A stretch of DNA of 64,000 bases, taken from the NCBI GenBank assembly GCA_002269645.1, contig NIVC01001385.1, positions 1 through 64,000 of the forward strand, written 5' to 3'. This document shows, one piece after another, positions 25,101 through 37,400 of this stretch. Both the position numbers and the translations under genes were made by a program. The notes beneath the pieces are model-generated. The model was not told the DNA's origin. It did not search any database and saw only the letters and a list, made by a program, of their open reading frames with translations. This stretch comes from Macrostomum lignano. Lineage: Eukaryota. Position 1 is the first letter of the stretch. Every line of letters begins with the position of its first letter.

Positions 25101-28100
25101 TGAGCACACCGAATCCCAATCATGAGCACACCGAATCCCAATCATGAGCACACCGAATCCCAATCATGAGCACACCTAATCCCAATCATGAGCATACCGA
25201 ATCCCAATCATGAGCACACCTAATCCCAATCATGAGCACACCGGATCCCAATCATGAGCACACCTAATCCCAATCATGAGCACACCGGATCCCAATCATG
25301 AGCACACCTAATCCCAATCATGAGCATACCGAATCCCAATCATGAGCACACCTAATCCCAATCATGAGCACACCGGATCCCAATCATGAGCACACCTAAT
25401 CCCAATCATGAGCACACCTAATCCCAATCATGAGCACACCGGATCCCAATCATGAGCACACCTAATCCCAATCATGAGCATACCGAATCCCAATCATGAG
25501 CACACCTAATCCCAATCATGAGCACACCGGATCCCAATCATGAGCACACCTAATCCCAATCATGAGCACACCGGATCCCAATCATGAGCACACCTAATCC
25601 CAATCATGAGCACACCGGATCCCAACCCCTAAGCAGCTGAAGCCACAGGGCCGCTCACCTGGTCCCCAACCGTCGAGTCTTCAAACCGTAGAACACGGAT
25701 CTGATGAGTTTGCCAAAGCTGGCGGGATTCATGGGATCGGATTTGTGCTCCTGGCAGTGGCGCAGGTAGTGATTGTACAGAGTGCACCTGGGCAGAGATA
25801 CGCCTTCGGCTGCTTCGTAATTATCCAGCAGCCATTGCACCTGAAAGCCGACCCAAAGTCCTTCTTAGAAGTAATAGTAAAAACAAGTACGATGAAAAGG
25901 TCTCATGCGGCTAAAATATTACTGTCTAAAATAATACAAATTTTGCTTCGATTAAATCTACACTGACAACACGGTGGAAGCATTGGAACACACTGACAAC
26001 ACAGTGGAAGCATTGGAACACACTGACAACACAGTGGAAGCATTGGAACACACTGACAACACAGTGGAAGCATTGGAACACACTGACAACACAGTGGAAG
26101 CATTGGAACACACTGACAACACAGTGGAAGCATTGGAACACACTGACAACACAGTGGAAGCATTGGAACACACTGACAACACAGTGGAAGCATTGGAACA
26201 CACTGACAACACAGTGGAAGCATTGGAACACACTGACAACACAGTGGAAGCATTGGAACACACTGACAACACAGTGGAAGCATTGGAACACACTGACAAC
26301 ACAGTGGAAGCATTGGAACACACTGACAACACAGTGGAAGCATTGGAACACACTGACAACACAGTGGAAGCATTGGAACACACTGACAACACGGTGGAAA
26401 CACCCGTAACCAAGTTTCGTGCTACATTTCGAAATATCTCCGCCAGTTGCTACTTACAGTAACGGGACTAGCTCGAGTAGTGTGGCTAAATGAGGCCACC
26501 TCCTCAGGCGTCGGCATGGCGTAGGACCCGGAGCCGCCGCCACCAACCAGGTGATGCCCGGCCGGCACAATACCCGTGACCAGGTGCGGTGAGACTGACT
26601 CGCGTACCTGACAGATCGTTTAAGAAAGGATAAAGGACTAACCTCACCTGAGAATCTAACCCCCACCTGAGACTGTATCCCCACCTAAGACTCTATCCCC
26701 AACTGAGACTCTATCCCCAACTGAGACTCTATCCCCGCCTGAGACTCTATCCCCACCTGAGACTCTATCCCCGCCTAAGACTCTATCCCCAACTGAGACT
26801 CTATCCCCACCTGAGACTCTATCTCTTATCACCTGAGCCTCTATCCCCACCTGAGACTCTATCTCTTATCACCTGAGCCTGTATCCCCACCTGAGACTCT
26901 ATCCCCAACTGAGACTCTATCCCCACCTGAGACTCTATCCCCACCTGAGACTCTATCCCCACCTGAGACTCTATCCCCAACTGAGACTCTATCCCCAACT
27001 GAGACTCTATCCCCACCTGAGACTCTATCTCTTATCACCTGAGCCTCTATCCCCACCTGAGACTCTATCCCCAACTGAGACTCTATCCCCACCTGAGACT
27101 CTATCCCCACCTGAGACTCTAGCCCCAACTGAGACTCTATCCCCAACTGAGACTCTATCCCCAACTGAGACTCTATCCCCAACTGAGACTCTATCCCCAC
27201 CTGAGACTCTATCCCCAACTGAGACTCTAGCCCCAACTGAGACTCTATCCCCGCCTGAGACTCTATCCCCACCTGAGACTCTATCCCCACCTGAGACTCT
27301 ATCCCCGCCTGAGACTCTATCCCCACCTGAGACTCTATCCCCACCTGAGACTCTATCCCCAACTGAGACTCAATCCCCACCTGAGACTCTATCCCCACCT
27401 GAGACTCTATCTCTTATCACCTGAGCCTCTATCCCCACCTGAGACTCTATCCCCAACTGAGACTCTATCCCCACCTGAGACTCTATCCCCAACTGAGACT
27501 CTATCCCCACCTGAGACTCTATCCCCACCTGAGACTCTATCCCCGCCTGAGACTCTATCCCCACCTGAGACTCTATCCCCACCTGAGACTCTATCCCCAA
27601 CTGAGACTCAATCCCCACCTGAGACTCTAACCCCACCTGAGACTCTATCTCTTATCACCTGAGCCTCTATCCCCACCTGAGACTCTATCCCCAACTGAGA
27701 CTCTATCCCCACCTGAGACTCTATCCCCACCTGAGACTCTATCCCCACCTGAGACTCTACTCTTATCACCTGAGACTCTATCCCCACCTGAGACTCTATC
27801 GCCACCTGAGACTCTATCCCCACCTGAGACTCTATCCCCACCTGAGACTCTACTCTTATCACCTGAGACTCTATCCCCACCTGAGACTCTATCGCCACCT
27901 GAGACTCTATCTCTTACCCGAGACAGGCCAAAGAATACAATACAACACTGACAGACTCACCTGTGCAGAGCCAGCTTGGTAGTAACTTCCACTGCCTGCA
28001 GCTACAGAGCCTCCATAGACGGATGCGTAGTCCTGGTAGTGCCTGAAAAGTAGCATTGGTTCCAATTATAATAAAAATCACAATCAGACATGCTGCGTAA

Positions 28101-29749
28101 GTTACCGACATGTATCGAAATACAACTTAATATTAATAACTTACGCAATTTTGTTGCCAGGAGAAGCTGAGACAACGCCTTTGGTGACAGATTTGCCATT
28201 GCTGATCTCGATGTACTCGCTGTGGATTTTGAAAGTTTGTATGAGATCTATAGACAGTGTCAGAAACACGAGATCTATAGACAGTTAGTGAGTCAGAAAC
28301 ACGAGATCTATAGACAGTGAGTCAGAAACACGAGATCTATAGACAGTTAGTGAGTCAGAAACACGCGATCTATAGACAGTGTCAGAAACACGAGATCTAT
28401 AGACAGTTAGTGAGTCAGAAACACGAGATCTATAGACAGTGTCAGAAACACGAGATCTATAGACAGTTAGTGAGTCAGAAACACGAGATCTTAGACAGTG
28501 AGTGAGTCAGAAACACGAGATCTATAGACAGTGAGTCAGAAACACGAGATCTATAGACAGTTAGTGAGTCAGAAACACGAGATCTTAGACAGTGAGTGAG
28601 TCAGAAACACGAGATCTATAGACAGTGAGTCAGAAACACGAGATCTATAGACAGTTAGTGAGTCAGAAACAAGAGATCTATAGACAGTAAGTGAGTCAGA
28701 AACACGAGAACTGTAGACAGTGAGTGAGTCAGAAACACGAGATCTATAGACAGTGAGTCAGAAACACGAGATCTATAGACAGTGAGTGAGTCAGAAACAC
28801 GAGATCTATAGACAGTGAGTCAGAAACACGAGATCTATAGACAGTTAGTGAGTCAGAAACAAGAGATCTATAGACAGTAAGTGAGTCAGAAACACGAGAA
28901 CTGTAGACAGTGAGTGAGTCAGAAACACGAGATCTATAGACAGTTAGTGAGTCAGAAACACGAGATCTATAGACAGTAAGTGAGTCAGAAACACGAGATC
29001 TATAGACAGTTAGTGAGTCAGAAACACGAGATCTATAGACAGTGAGTCAGAAACACGAGATCTATAGACAGTTAGTGAGTCAGAAACACGAGATCTATAG
29101 ACAGTAAGTGAATTAGAAACACGCGATCTATAGACAGTTAGTGAGTCAGAAACAAGAGATCTATAGACAGTGAGTCCGTGAGTGAGTCAGACACAAAAAA
29201 TTCCAAAGTGAGTTAAACACAGAATAAACACACCAATGGTATCAATTAACCCTTTGTTTACAATTAAAAACACCCATGGCTCAATAGGAGGCTTACATTT
29301 GAGTTCCTAACAACTGCTGATCTGTGGTGACATATTGCACAGTTGGGTAACCACTTTGAGCTGATGCGGCACTGACTGTTATATGTTGTTGCTGTTGCTG
29401 CTGCTGCTGTTGCTGTTGCTGCTGATTGCCTGACGGCAGAGCAATGCTATCCATTGCTGAGTGCTGTCTTTGAGCCTGCGACACTGCTACTAGCTGTTCG
29501 TTTGACACTGTTAATGAAATGACAAAAAATTATTACAAAAAATACGAGATTGCCTACTGATAAGTAGCAAGTAGAGAATGTGTTTTAAAGAATTCAATTT
29601 TTCTCACTAATCTTGCTGGCAGAACCGCCACCTGTAGCAGCGATGATGAACTGCTGACCAGACTGACTGGTGACAATGTGCTGCTTAGGGCTGACTTGGA
29701 TTATAGTGGCAGTTGGCCCACTGCCAACCATGCCAGAGGCTGAGTGCAT
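19180..29749 (-). CDS. RFX: RFX winged-helix transcription factor (RFX1/2/3, DAF-19-like); exons 29749-29608, 29507-29297, 28042-27961, 26607-26458, 25840-25659, 22652-22536, 22445-22047, 21193-20851, 20046-19180 (~830 aa; true start may lie upstream)
   Basis: HTTRASPVT|VQWLLDNYEAAEGVSLPRCTLYNHY..NPASFGKLIRSVF.GLKTRRLGTR|GNSKYHYYGIRIK DNA-binding domain; B/C domains (DYAFYQSLVEVLIPNVLRPIPSSLTQAIRNFAK, RRYTSLNHLAQAARAVL); dimerization domain ([33 protein letters not shown]); all nine exons join in frame via GT-AG. Confidence 0.95.
20115..20800. repeat. 21-bp minisatellite (ccgatagggataatcctccat) in the last RFX intron
   Basis: Tandem copies with variants. Confidence 0.95.
21211..21925. repeat. 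24-bp minisatellite (ggatagatcacggatagatatagt) in an RFX intron
   Basis: Tandem copies. Confidence 0.95.
22695..25625. repeat. 22-bp minisatellite (gagcacaccgaatcccaatcat), ~2.9 kb, in the intron splitting the RFX DNA-binding domain
   Basis: Over 100 copies with recurring variant blocks. Confidence 0.97.
25961..26399. repeat. 30-bp near-perfect tandem repeat (cactgacaacacagtggaagcattggaaca) in an RFX intron
   Basis: ~14 almost identical copies. Confidence 0.98.
26660..27912. repeat. 18-bp minisatellite (ccccacctgagactctat) in an RFX intron
   Basis: Tandem copies with periodic ctcttatcacctgagc variant units. Confidence 0.96.
28240..29190. repeat. 29/33-bp minisatellite (gtgagtcagaaacacgagatctatagaca[gtta]) in an RFX intron
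   Basis: Tandem copies of two length variants. Confidence 0.95.
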
Positions 29750-32067
29750 ATTGTATTGTGCTAATGGCACTTGTCTATCTGCTGAGGAGCAGTCTGGCAA
29801 TCACCTAAACATTGATAAATTTAAGTAGACTTAGTTTTTTGCAGTCATAAGTGTCCAAGTCCAGCTATAAGTATAGGGTGTATCCATATACAATACTCAG
29901 AGCTACAGAGATGCATATAGAAAACAACAGTTCTTATGGCTTAGAAATATGATGTTGAAGCTTTTTCCCATAGATGTTTGTAGCTATAGTTTTGATTCTT
30001 TAACATTTGAATCTTCTTCAGTATAGAACACTTATTAAAATATATATTACTAATAAACTATCAAAATTTAAGCATAGGTTTCTGCATTGGTAGTTTAGCC
30101 TATTCATTTCTAAGCTAGCTTATATCCAACTGATGGCATAAATTAAAACATTTTAAATTCATTTCTTATCTCATGCCACTTAAATTAAAAGATTTAAAAA
30201 ATAACAAGACTAAGAAAATAAACTTCTTTTAATATAAGTCCATAATCCAGATCATGTTAAGCATGCATTGATTTTTTTGCCTTTTACAGATTATTTATAC
30301 CAATGAAGTAAATAGGTTAAAAGCCAAAAAATTAATATTTACTATAGTGTAAAAAGGAAAAACAAATAAAATAGATCAGAAAGAACTTTTATATAGAACT
30401 AATAAATTAAAAAAACTAGAAAGATAAAAAATTTTATTGCTAATTAGTTTTGATATTATAATTTATTTTTTTTTGTTTAATACTTTTTTATGCTTACCTT
30501 TTTAATTTTTTTTCATAAATCTTTTTATGTTTTTTTGTGTAAGCCTAATCCAGAATCCCAATTCAAATTTTAGTAGAAATTTTAGGTAAAATGATAGTAT
30601 CTGTATTAATATAGATTATGACTATGGCAATATGGGATAAAAGCTTAGGATGATCTGTTCTAAATGGGATAAGTTTATAATTTTAACAATATTTATAGCC
30701 TAATATATAGATATCACAAAGTTTTATATTTGAAAATTATATTTATATACACATAAGATATATAGTTGGCACTCAATGAGCAAAAAAATTCTATACCAAC
30801 AAAAATTGAAAAAAAGCAAGAAAAATATGCTTATATAATATATTAATAATATAATTTTTAAAACTAATTTTTAAGAGACTAAACTCCAAACTATCTGTTT
30901 TTGTACTTTTGTATATCAACCATAGTTTGAAAGGCAACATGTATACTAGGATTTCCTGGTGTCCTAGTATACATGTTGTCTACAATATGTAGACAACATG
31001 TATAGTAGACAACAACAGACATACTAGACATACTAGACATACATACTAGACATACTAGACAACAACAGACATAATAGACAACAATAGACAGGTACTCTAC
31101 AGTCTACAATAAGAGTCTTACCATTTTCAGCATACACTGGGATATATCCTAGCATACATAACATAGTAAATACATTATGTCAAATTACATTTTCTTTATA
31201 TTGAAGCACAAACCTAGCATACAAATAGGGTCTCATCATTTTTTGACATTAAACCTGGTGTACACTAATACATAATCCAAACTATGGTATATCAATGATA
31301 AATATCAGACTTGAAATTTCTAGGCCTTATATATCTACCAAATGTATATTATGATTCCTAATAGGGAGCAAAAATGTTTCAAAAAGCTCACTTTCTAGAC
31401 TATGGTAAATAAATAATAAGTAGCTTAAATCATTTATTTAAGTAAATTGATTAAATAAAATAAAAATGAAAGTTATACTTACAAAAATCTAACTAGGTTC
31501 AGGATTGGATATAGGTTAATATAAACCTGTCTTTGACCTTCACTTTTTTAGATCAACATGGTACTGGTTATTTGATAAGATAGAGCAAATTACTAAACAA
31601 GTGGTGGACTAAGGATAGGCTATGATAAATAAGAATCATAGTCTAAACTAAAGGGCCTTGCCCTTGCCTAGGCCTATGAATTTAGTTATCTATCTATAGC
31701 AGATATCATTAGCAATAGACCCTCTTAGCATTTCTATATAACACAAATCCACCATACTAAATAATAGGCTGTATGTTGGGAACATTTTGACTTTGGCAAG
31801 ACTAAAGAGAGGGCCTAGCCTTAGGGGTCTAGTTATTCTAGCTAAGCTAGGTCTAAACGAAATGTAAAATCAATTGTATAGGCCCCAATCTCACTCACTA
31901 TACTTTATTTATTATTGGTAAATAAATGAGATTAACTCGCTTAACAGCTGGTTCACAAAATCTATATAACTAAATCTGAATAATTCCTAATTTAACTAGA
32001 AAACAAATTATATATATTACTAATGACGTTAATACCAACGCAGTACATAAAAAAGCAAGAAAATTAC

Positions 32068-32225
32068 CCTTTTAGATGTCGGCTTTTGGTTGACAGGCGA
32101 CAGTCGCTAAAGCAAACGGTGGCTATGGCATTCACTATGGAGTTCGTTATGGTGCCAGCCGGTTCCTCCGGCAACAGAGTCTTAAATGCAAATGACATTC
32201 TTGCACTTTTTACAATTTTTTTTTC
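32068..32225 (-). other. Candidate upstream (5') exon of RFX
   Basis: GC-richer island bounded on the minus strand by GCATGCAG| and GG|GTAATT; contains the ATG-initiated frame MSFAFKTLLPEEPAGT; the phase of joining to exon 29749 is unresolved. Confidence 0.3.
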
Positions 32226-32954
32226 TGCATGCAAGTTAATTAAAGTATAAATATATTATAAGCTAATAAGAAGATAGTTTGGAAGTTTTTCTATTCTGCT
32301 TATTAACTTAGTAGTTTTTTTGTTTTACTGGTAGATCTACTTTGTTTGCAATTTCGCATTGGTTTAATAACAAGCATATTTTTAACTCAGTCGCACTCTT
32401 CTGCATAACTCTGTCTTTTGCCCTTTCAAATGTTGCGACAGTTTACGACAATCTGTTTTCATACGAACGTATTAACAACTTGATAATAATAATGTCATAA
32501 AACGTGGACTTCTTTTTTTGAACACACACACACACTTAAATGTTGCAATTAATAGCAAAGTGACAGAAAACTTTTCAACGGGCAGATTACCTAAGATTTC
32601 ATAGCTTTTTATTGTTTATTGATTGGCTGATAATGAACAAGAGAATCCATGGTTGTAAAGTAAAATCAGCCAGCAGCGCGCGACTTTCGCATAAAAAGTC
32701 ATTAACTGTTTTTAAGTAGAAATAATTAATTAGGTTCTTGACATGTGTGACTGTGTGCTGATGTATTACAAAAACTATCGATTTTGCGAAACGGTTGGAA
32801 TCAGGCTCACACTCATCTCAAAACATTTTAAAATTGTCCATGTATATGAAACCGTCGTACACGTATACAGTGGTTCGGCAGGAATTCAAATTTTATGGGG
32901 TCTCAAACCGAAGTTGGTGCCAATTTGGTGTCTTGGTGTGCGCTCCTATCTTTT

Positions 32955-33845
32955 AGTGGGCACCCATGTCTCTTGGTGGGCGCCCCTTCTCATGGTTGGG
33001 CGCCCCCTGTCTTTTGGTGGGCTCCCCTGTCTCTTTGTGGGCGCCCCTGTCTCTTGGTGGGCGCCCCTGTCTCTTGGTGGGCGCTCCCTGTCTCTTGGTG
33101 GACGCTCCCTGCCTCTTGGTGGGCGCCCCTGTCTTTTGGTGGGCGCTCCCTGTCTCTTGGTGGGCGCTCCCTGTCTCTTGGTGGGCGCTCCCTGTCTCTT
33201 GGTGGGCACCCCTGTCTCTTGGTGGGCGCTCCCTGTCTCTTGGTGGGCGCCCCTTCTCATGGTTGGGCGCCCCTGTCTCTTGGTGGGCGCCCCTGTCTCT
33301 TGGTGGGCGCTCCCTGTCTCTTTGGTGGGCGCCCCCTGTCTCTTGGTGGGCGCTCCCTGTCTCTTGGTGGGCGCCCCCTGTCTCTTGGTGGGCGCTCCCT
33401 GTCTCTTGGTGGGCGCCCCCTGTCTCTTGGTGGGCGCTCCCTGTCTCTTGGTGGGCGCTCCCTGTCTCTTTGGTGGGCGCCCCTGTCTCTTGGTGGGCGC
33501 TCCCTGTCTCTTGGTGGGCGCCCCCTGTCTCTTGGTGGGCGCCCCCTGTTTCTTGGTGGGCGTCCCTGTCTCTTGGTGGGCGCCCATGTCTCTTGGTGGG
33601 CGCCCCCTGTTTCTTGGTGGGCGTCCCTGTCTCTTGGTGGGCGCCCATGTCTCTTGGTGGGCGCCCCTTCTCATGGTTGGGCGCCCCTGTCTCTTGGTGG
33701 GCGCCCCTGTTTCTTGGTGGGCGCTCCCTGTCTCTTTGGTGGGCGCCCCCTGTCTCTTTGGTGGGCGCCCCCTGTCTCTTGGTGGGGCGTCCCTGTTTTT
33801 GGTGGGTGTCTCAGTGGGTGCCCTTTTTTGATGGGCGCCCCTGTC
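32955..33845. repeat. ~21-23-bp GC-rich minisatellite (ggtgggcgc[t/c]ccctgtctctt)
   Basis: Tandem copies; source of the 300-aa pseudo-ORFs at 32743-33896. Confidence 0.95.
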
Positions 33846-35156
33846 TCCCAGGTCGGTGAATCCCACGACGTCCAAGAGGTAGCAATTAAAATTTGAGCTC
33901 AGCTTTCATTCGTCGAGCTTGGTTACCCAAAAGCACACTTTTTGTGGCGCCGATGTGGCGCCGAGCGCAGCACTGCTACATGCAATTCCATACGCTGCAT
34001 ACATGTATATGTTTTGATATTTTTGCCTATATCATAGCTGGAGCTGTTAGCTTCATCAATAATTAACCAAGGCATTAACGCATAGATTCTCGAAATGCAA
34101 ATGCCCAACTGTTTCTGTGACCCAAAAATAACCTTGTGCAAAATCTGTCGGCAATTAGGGAAAATATAAATGCAGATTCGTGAACACAGTTTCATTGCTC
34201 ATAAAAGGAGGATGTGACTCCAGGGTGAAAGAAGAGATCAACACAGGCGGATTGAGTCAATCATTCATCCTGTGTTTGCCAGAGTGGTTCTCAAGCGCAA
34301 CCCAGTCTGCTTCTGCCGGTATAGCTGCAAAGCTAATAAAAATATATTAGCCGCATCTCGGATGTGCGTCGCGAATGCTGCGGCTGAATTGTGTTGGGAA
34401 CCCTCTAAAACTGGGGCAAACATATCTAGATTATACGAGCGTATGTGCTCAAAACTAGCACGGGAGACGGCAGCTGAGCGCACTCAGTAAACCAGAATCC
34501 GTTGTGAAGTTGACGGTTCTTTTATTCTCCCAAGTAGTCGATTAATATCAAATGTACTAAAAATATTTAATATGTATTTTATTCATATCAATTGGTTTCA
34601 TTTTTATGTTTATTAACAAAATAGTAAACAATGCTTTCTTTTACTGAATTCAAATAGTTATATTTAACATTTTGAATTCTGTGGCTTCGGAGAAGACTGG
34701 TCGTGGAGTCGGTCGGCTGCTGTTCCTATCGCCAGCAATTTAATTTCCATAAACATTGATAAACAGTAGTTCAAAATCGCTCTCAATTAAGTAGTGTTTC
34801 CCACTAAGGTCATCTTCGAAGCCATTCCATCGACACTGCAGCTGTTCGTTACCAATTATCTCTTTAGCATCAGCTATATATTTACCACTACATGTACCGT
34901 TCGTGTCTGTAACCTACAAATATACATAATACATAATCGAATAATCGGCTCCGTCAGTTATCGGTCTCCACTAACTGTGTTTTCAATCACTACTCGAATA
35001 GTAGCCCGTCAGCACGCGAATTCTCGGACCAGATCTAAGTAGGACACGGCTAGACTATATGAAGTCAGCTCTTAGCTGGCTTCTTGCAACATTCCTACTA
35101 TAGTTTATTACGTTTTGCTTTGAAATATTCCTATTAATTTCGAATGTTTCTTTTCA

Positions 35157-35745
35157 GCACCAGGGGCTTTAGCACCAGGGGCTTTAGCACCAGGGGCTTT
35201 AGCACCAGGGGCTTTAGCACCAGGGGCTTTAGCACCAGGGGCTTTAGCACCAGGGGCTTTAGCACCAGGGGCTTTAGCACCAGGGGCTTTAGCACCAGTG
35301 GCTTTAGCACCAGGGGCTTTAGCACCAGGGGCTTTAGCACCAGAGGCTTTAGCACCAGGGGCTTTAGCACCAGGGGCTTTAGCACCAGGGGCTTTAGCAC
35401 CAGGGGCTTTAGCACCAGGGGCTTTAGCACCAGTGGCTTTAGCACCAGTGGCTTTAGCACCAGGGGCTTTAGCACCATGGGCTTTAGCACCAGGGGCTTT
35501 AGCACCAGGGGCTTTAGCACCAGGGGCTTTAGCACCAGGGGCTTTAGCACCAGGGGCTTTAGCACCAGTGGCTTTAGCACCAGGGGCTTTAGCACCATGG
35601 GCTTTAGCACCAGGGGCTTTAGCACCAGGGGCTTTAGCACCAGGGGCGCCAGCACCAGGGGCTTTAGCACCAGGGGCGCCAGCACCAACGGCACCAGCAC
35701 CAGGGACGCCAGCACCAGAGGCGCCAGCTCCAGCCCCAGCGCCAG
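35157..35745. repeat. 15-bp tandem repeat (gcaccaggggcttta) decaying into an Ala-Pro-coding-like tail
   Basis: ~33 copies; open in several frames. Confidence 0.95.
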
Positions 35746-36159
35746 ACGTCGTCTAGAAAAGTGTTCTGATTAAGAATATAACCAAGAACTCAACATTTAT
35801 AAGACAGATACTAAGTATAGAACTCCATGCGCTTCCTCTCCAGATACTGCAGGTCCAGAACTCAATTTTCGCACAGCTCGAAGACAAGAATATTTGCGCA
35901 AATTGAATAAATATAAAACTGTCATGGATAAATTCAGAGTTCCGCTCAAACTAACCGCAGCTAGAAAAAATGAAATGCGTGGGCGGACAGCGCAGAGAAC
36001 CGGAGCTCCAGTTTGAATTGAGATTCCATGCATAGGGAAGCAAACTTCCTCTTCGCAAATTCGGTTTTTTAAACTCTCAGATTTGCATTTGCCCTCAGTT
36101 CTTTCCTTCTTTGCCTCCTCTTATTCTCCAACTGTGAGCACCACTCAAAAGAACAAAGC

Positions 36160-37207
36160 ATGTCGACTGCAAACTTGGCAACAGCAAAAGCCTCAACAAC
36201 AAGCCAGCAAAGCGGCAGCCTGTTGCCAAGCCAGCAGCAGTCATCGAAGTCGGCCATCGACACTCTCGCCGCTGATGATTCGCGAATTCAATCGATTTTC
36301 GCCTACGGATCCTGGATCTGGAAGCCGCACTTTCGCTACAAGGAGCTGGCGATTGGCATAGCCTTGGGCTTTTCTAGACAGCTTTTCCAGGGCTCTTTCC
36401 AGGACTACGGCAGGCCCAGCTGGGTGAGGCTGCCGGCTGATTGGCTGGCTGGTGATTGTAGGCTGCTGATTGGCTGGGGATTGGAGGCTGTTGATTGGCT
36501 GGCTGGGAACTGCAGGCTATTGATTGGCTTGGGATTGGAAGCTGCTAATTGGCTGGCTGGGGATTGCAGGATATTGGCTGGGGACTGTATTCTGTTGATT
36601 GGCTGGCTGGGAATTGCAGGCTGCTGATTGGCTGGAGATTGTATTCTGCTGATTGGCTGGCTGGGAATTGCAGGCTGCCGATTGGCTAGGGATTGAAAGC
36701 TGCTGATTAGCTGGGGATTGGGGGCTGCTGATTGGCTGGCTGGGGATTGCAAGCTGCTGATTAGCTGGGATTTGCAGGCTGATGATTAGCTAGTCAGCTG
36801 CTGATTGGCTGGGGATTGCAGGCTGCTGATTGGCTGACTAGGAATTGCAGGCTGCTGATTGGCTGGGAATTGGGGGCTGCTGATTGGCTCGCTGGGAATT
36901 TTATAAAAATCAGTCTTTTCAACCACTTCCCTCAAACAGCCCGGTCGCATAGCAACCATCGTACCCAACCCGGACTCCGGAGTCCTCGGCTGCCTCTACC
37001 ACCTGAGCCGCCGCCATGCTATCGAGGACATTGCCAGAGCTGACGCTCACCAGGCTACCAGGGGCTTCCACAGGAGCCAGCTGGTGGTAGAGAACTGCAC
37101 CACTGGCAAGACTGAAACTTGTTGGGTGTACATTGCTAGGAAGGAAGAAGACAATCCATATTGGCTGGGCCGGGCGGAGCCCAGTGAGATCGCTTTTCAG
37201 GTGAGAT

Positions 37208-37259
<52 letters not shown>

Positions 37260-37260
37260 C

Positions 37261-37322
<62 letters not shown>

Positions 37323-37323
37323 C

Positions 37324-37355
<32 letters not shown>

Positions 37356-37356
37356 C

Positions 37357-37400
<44 letters not shown>

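Noticed and set aside
14505-29190. CRISPR-like appearance of the 22-34-bp repeat arrays
   Set aside because: Units are directly tandem without unique spacers, no cas genes are present, and most arrays sit in spliceosomal introns.
33923-34483. ORFs with LIIDEAN (Walker B or hAT-like)
   Set aside because: No Walker A or other supporting motifs; frames are interrupted.
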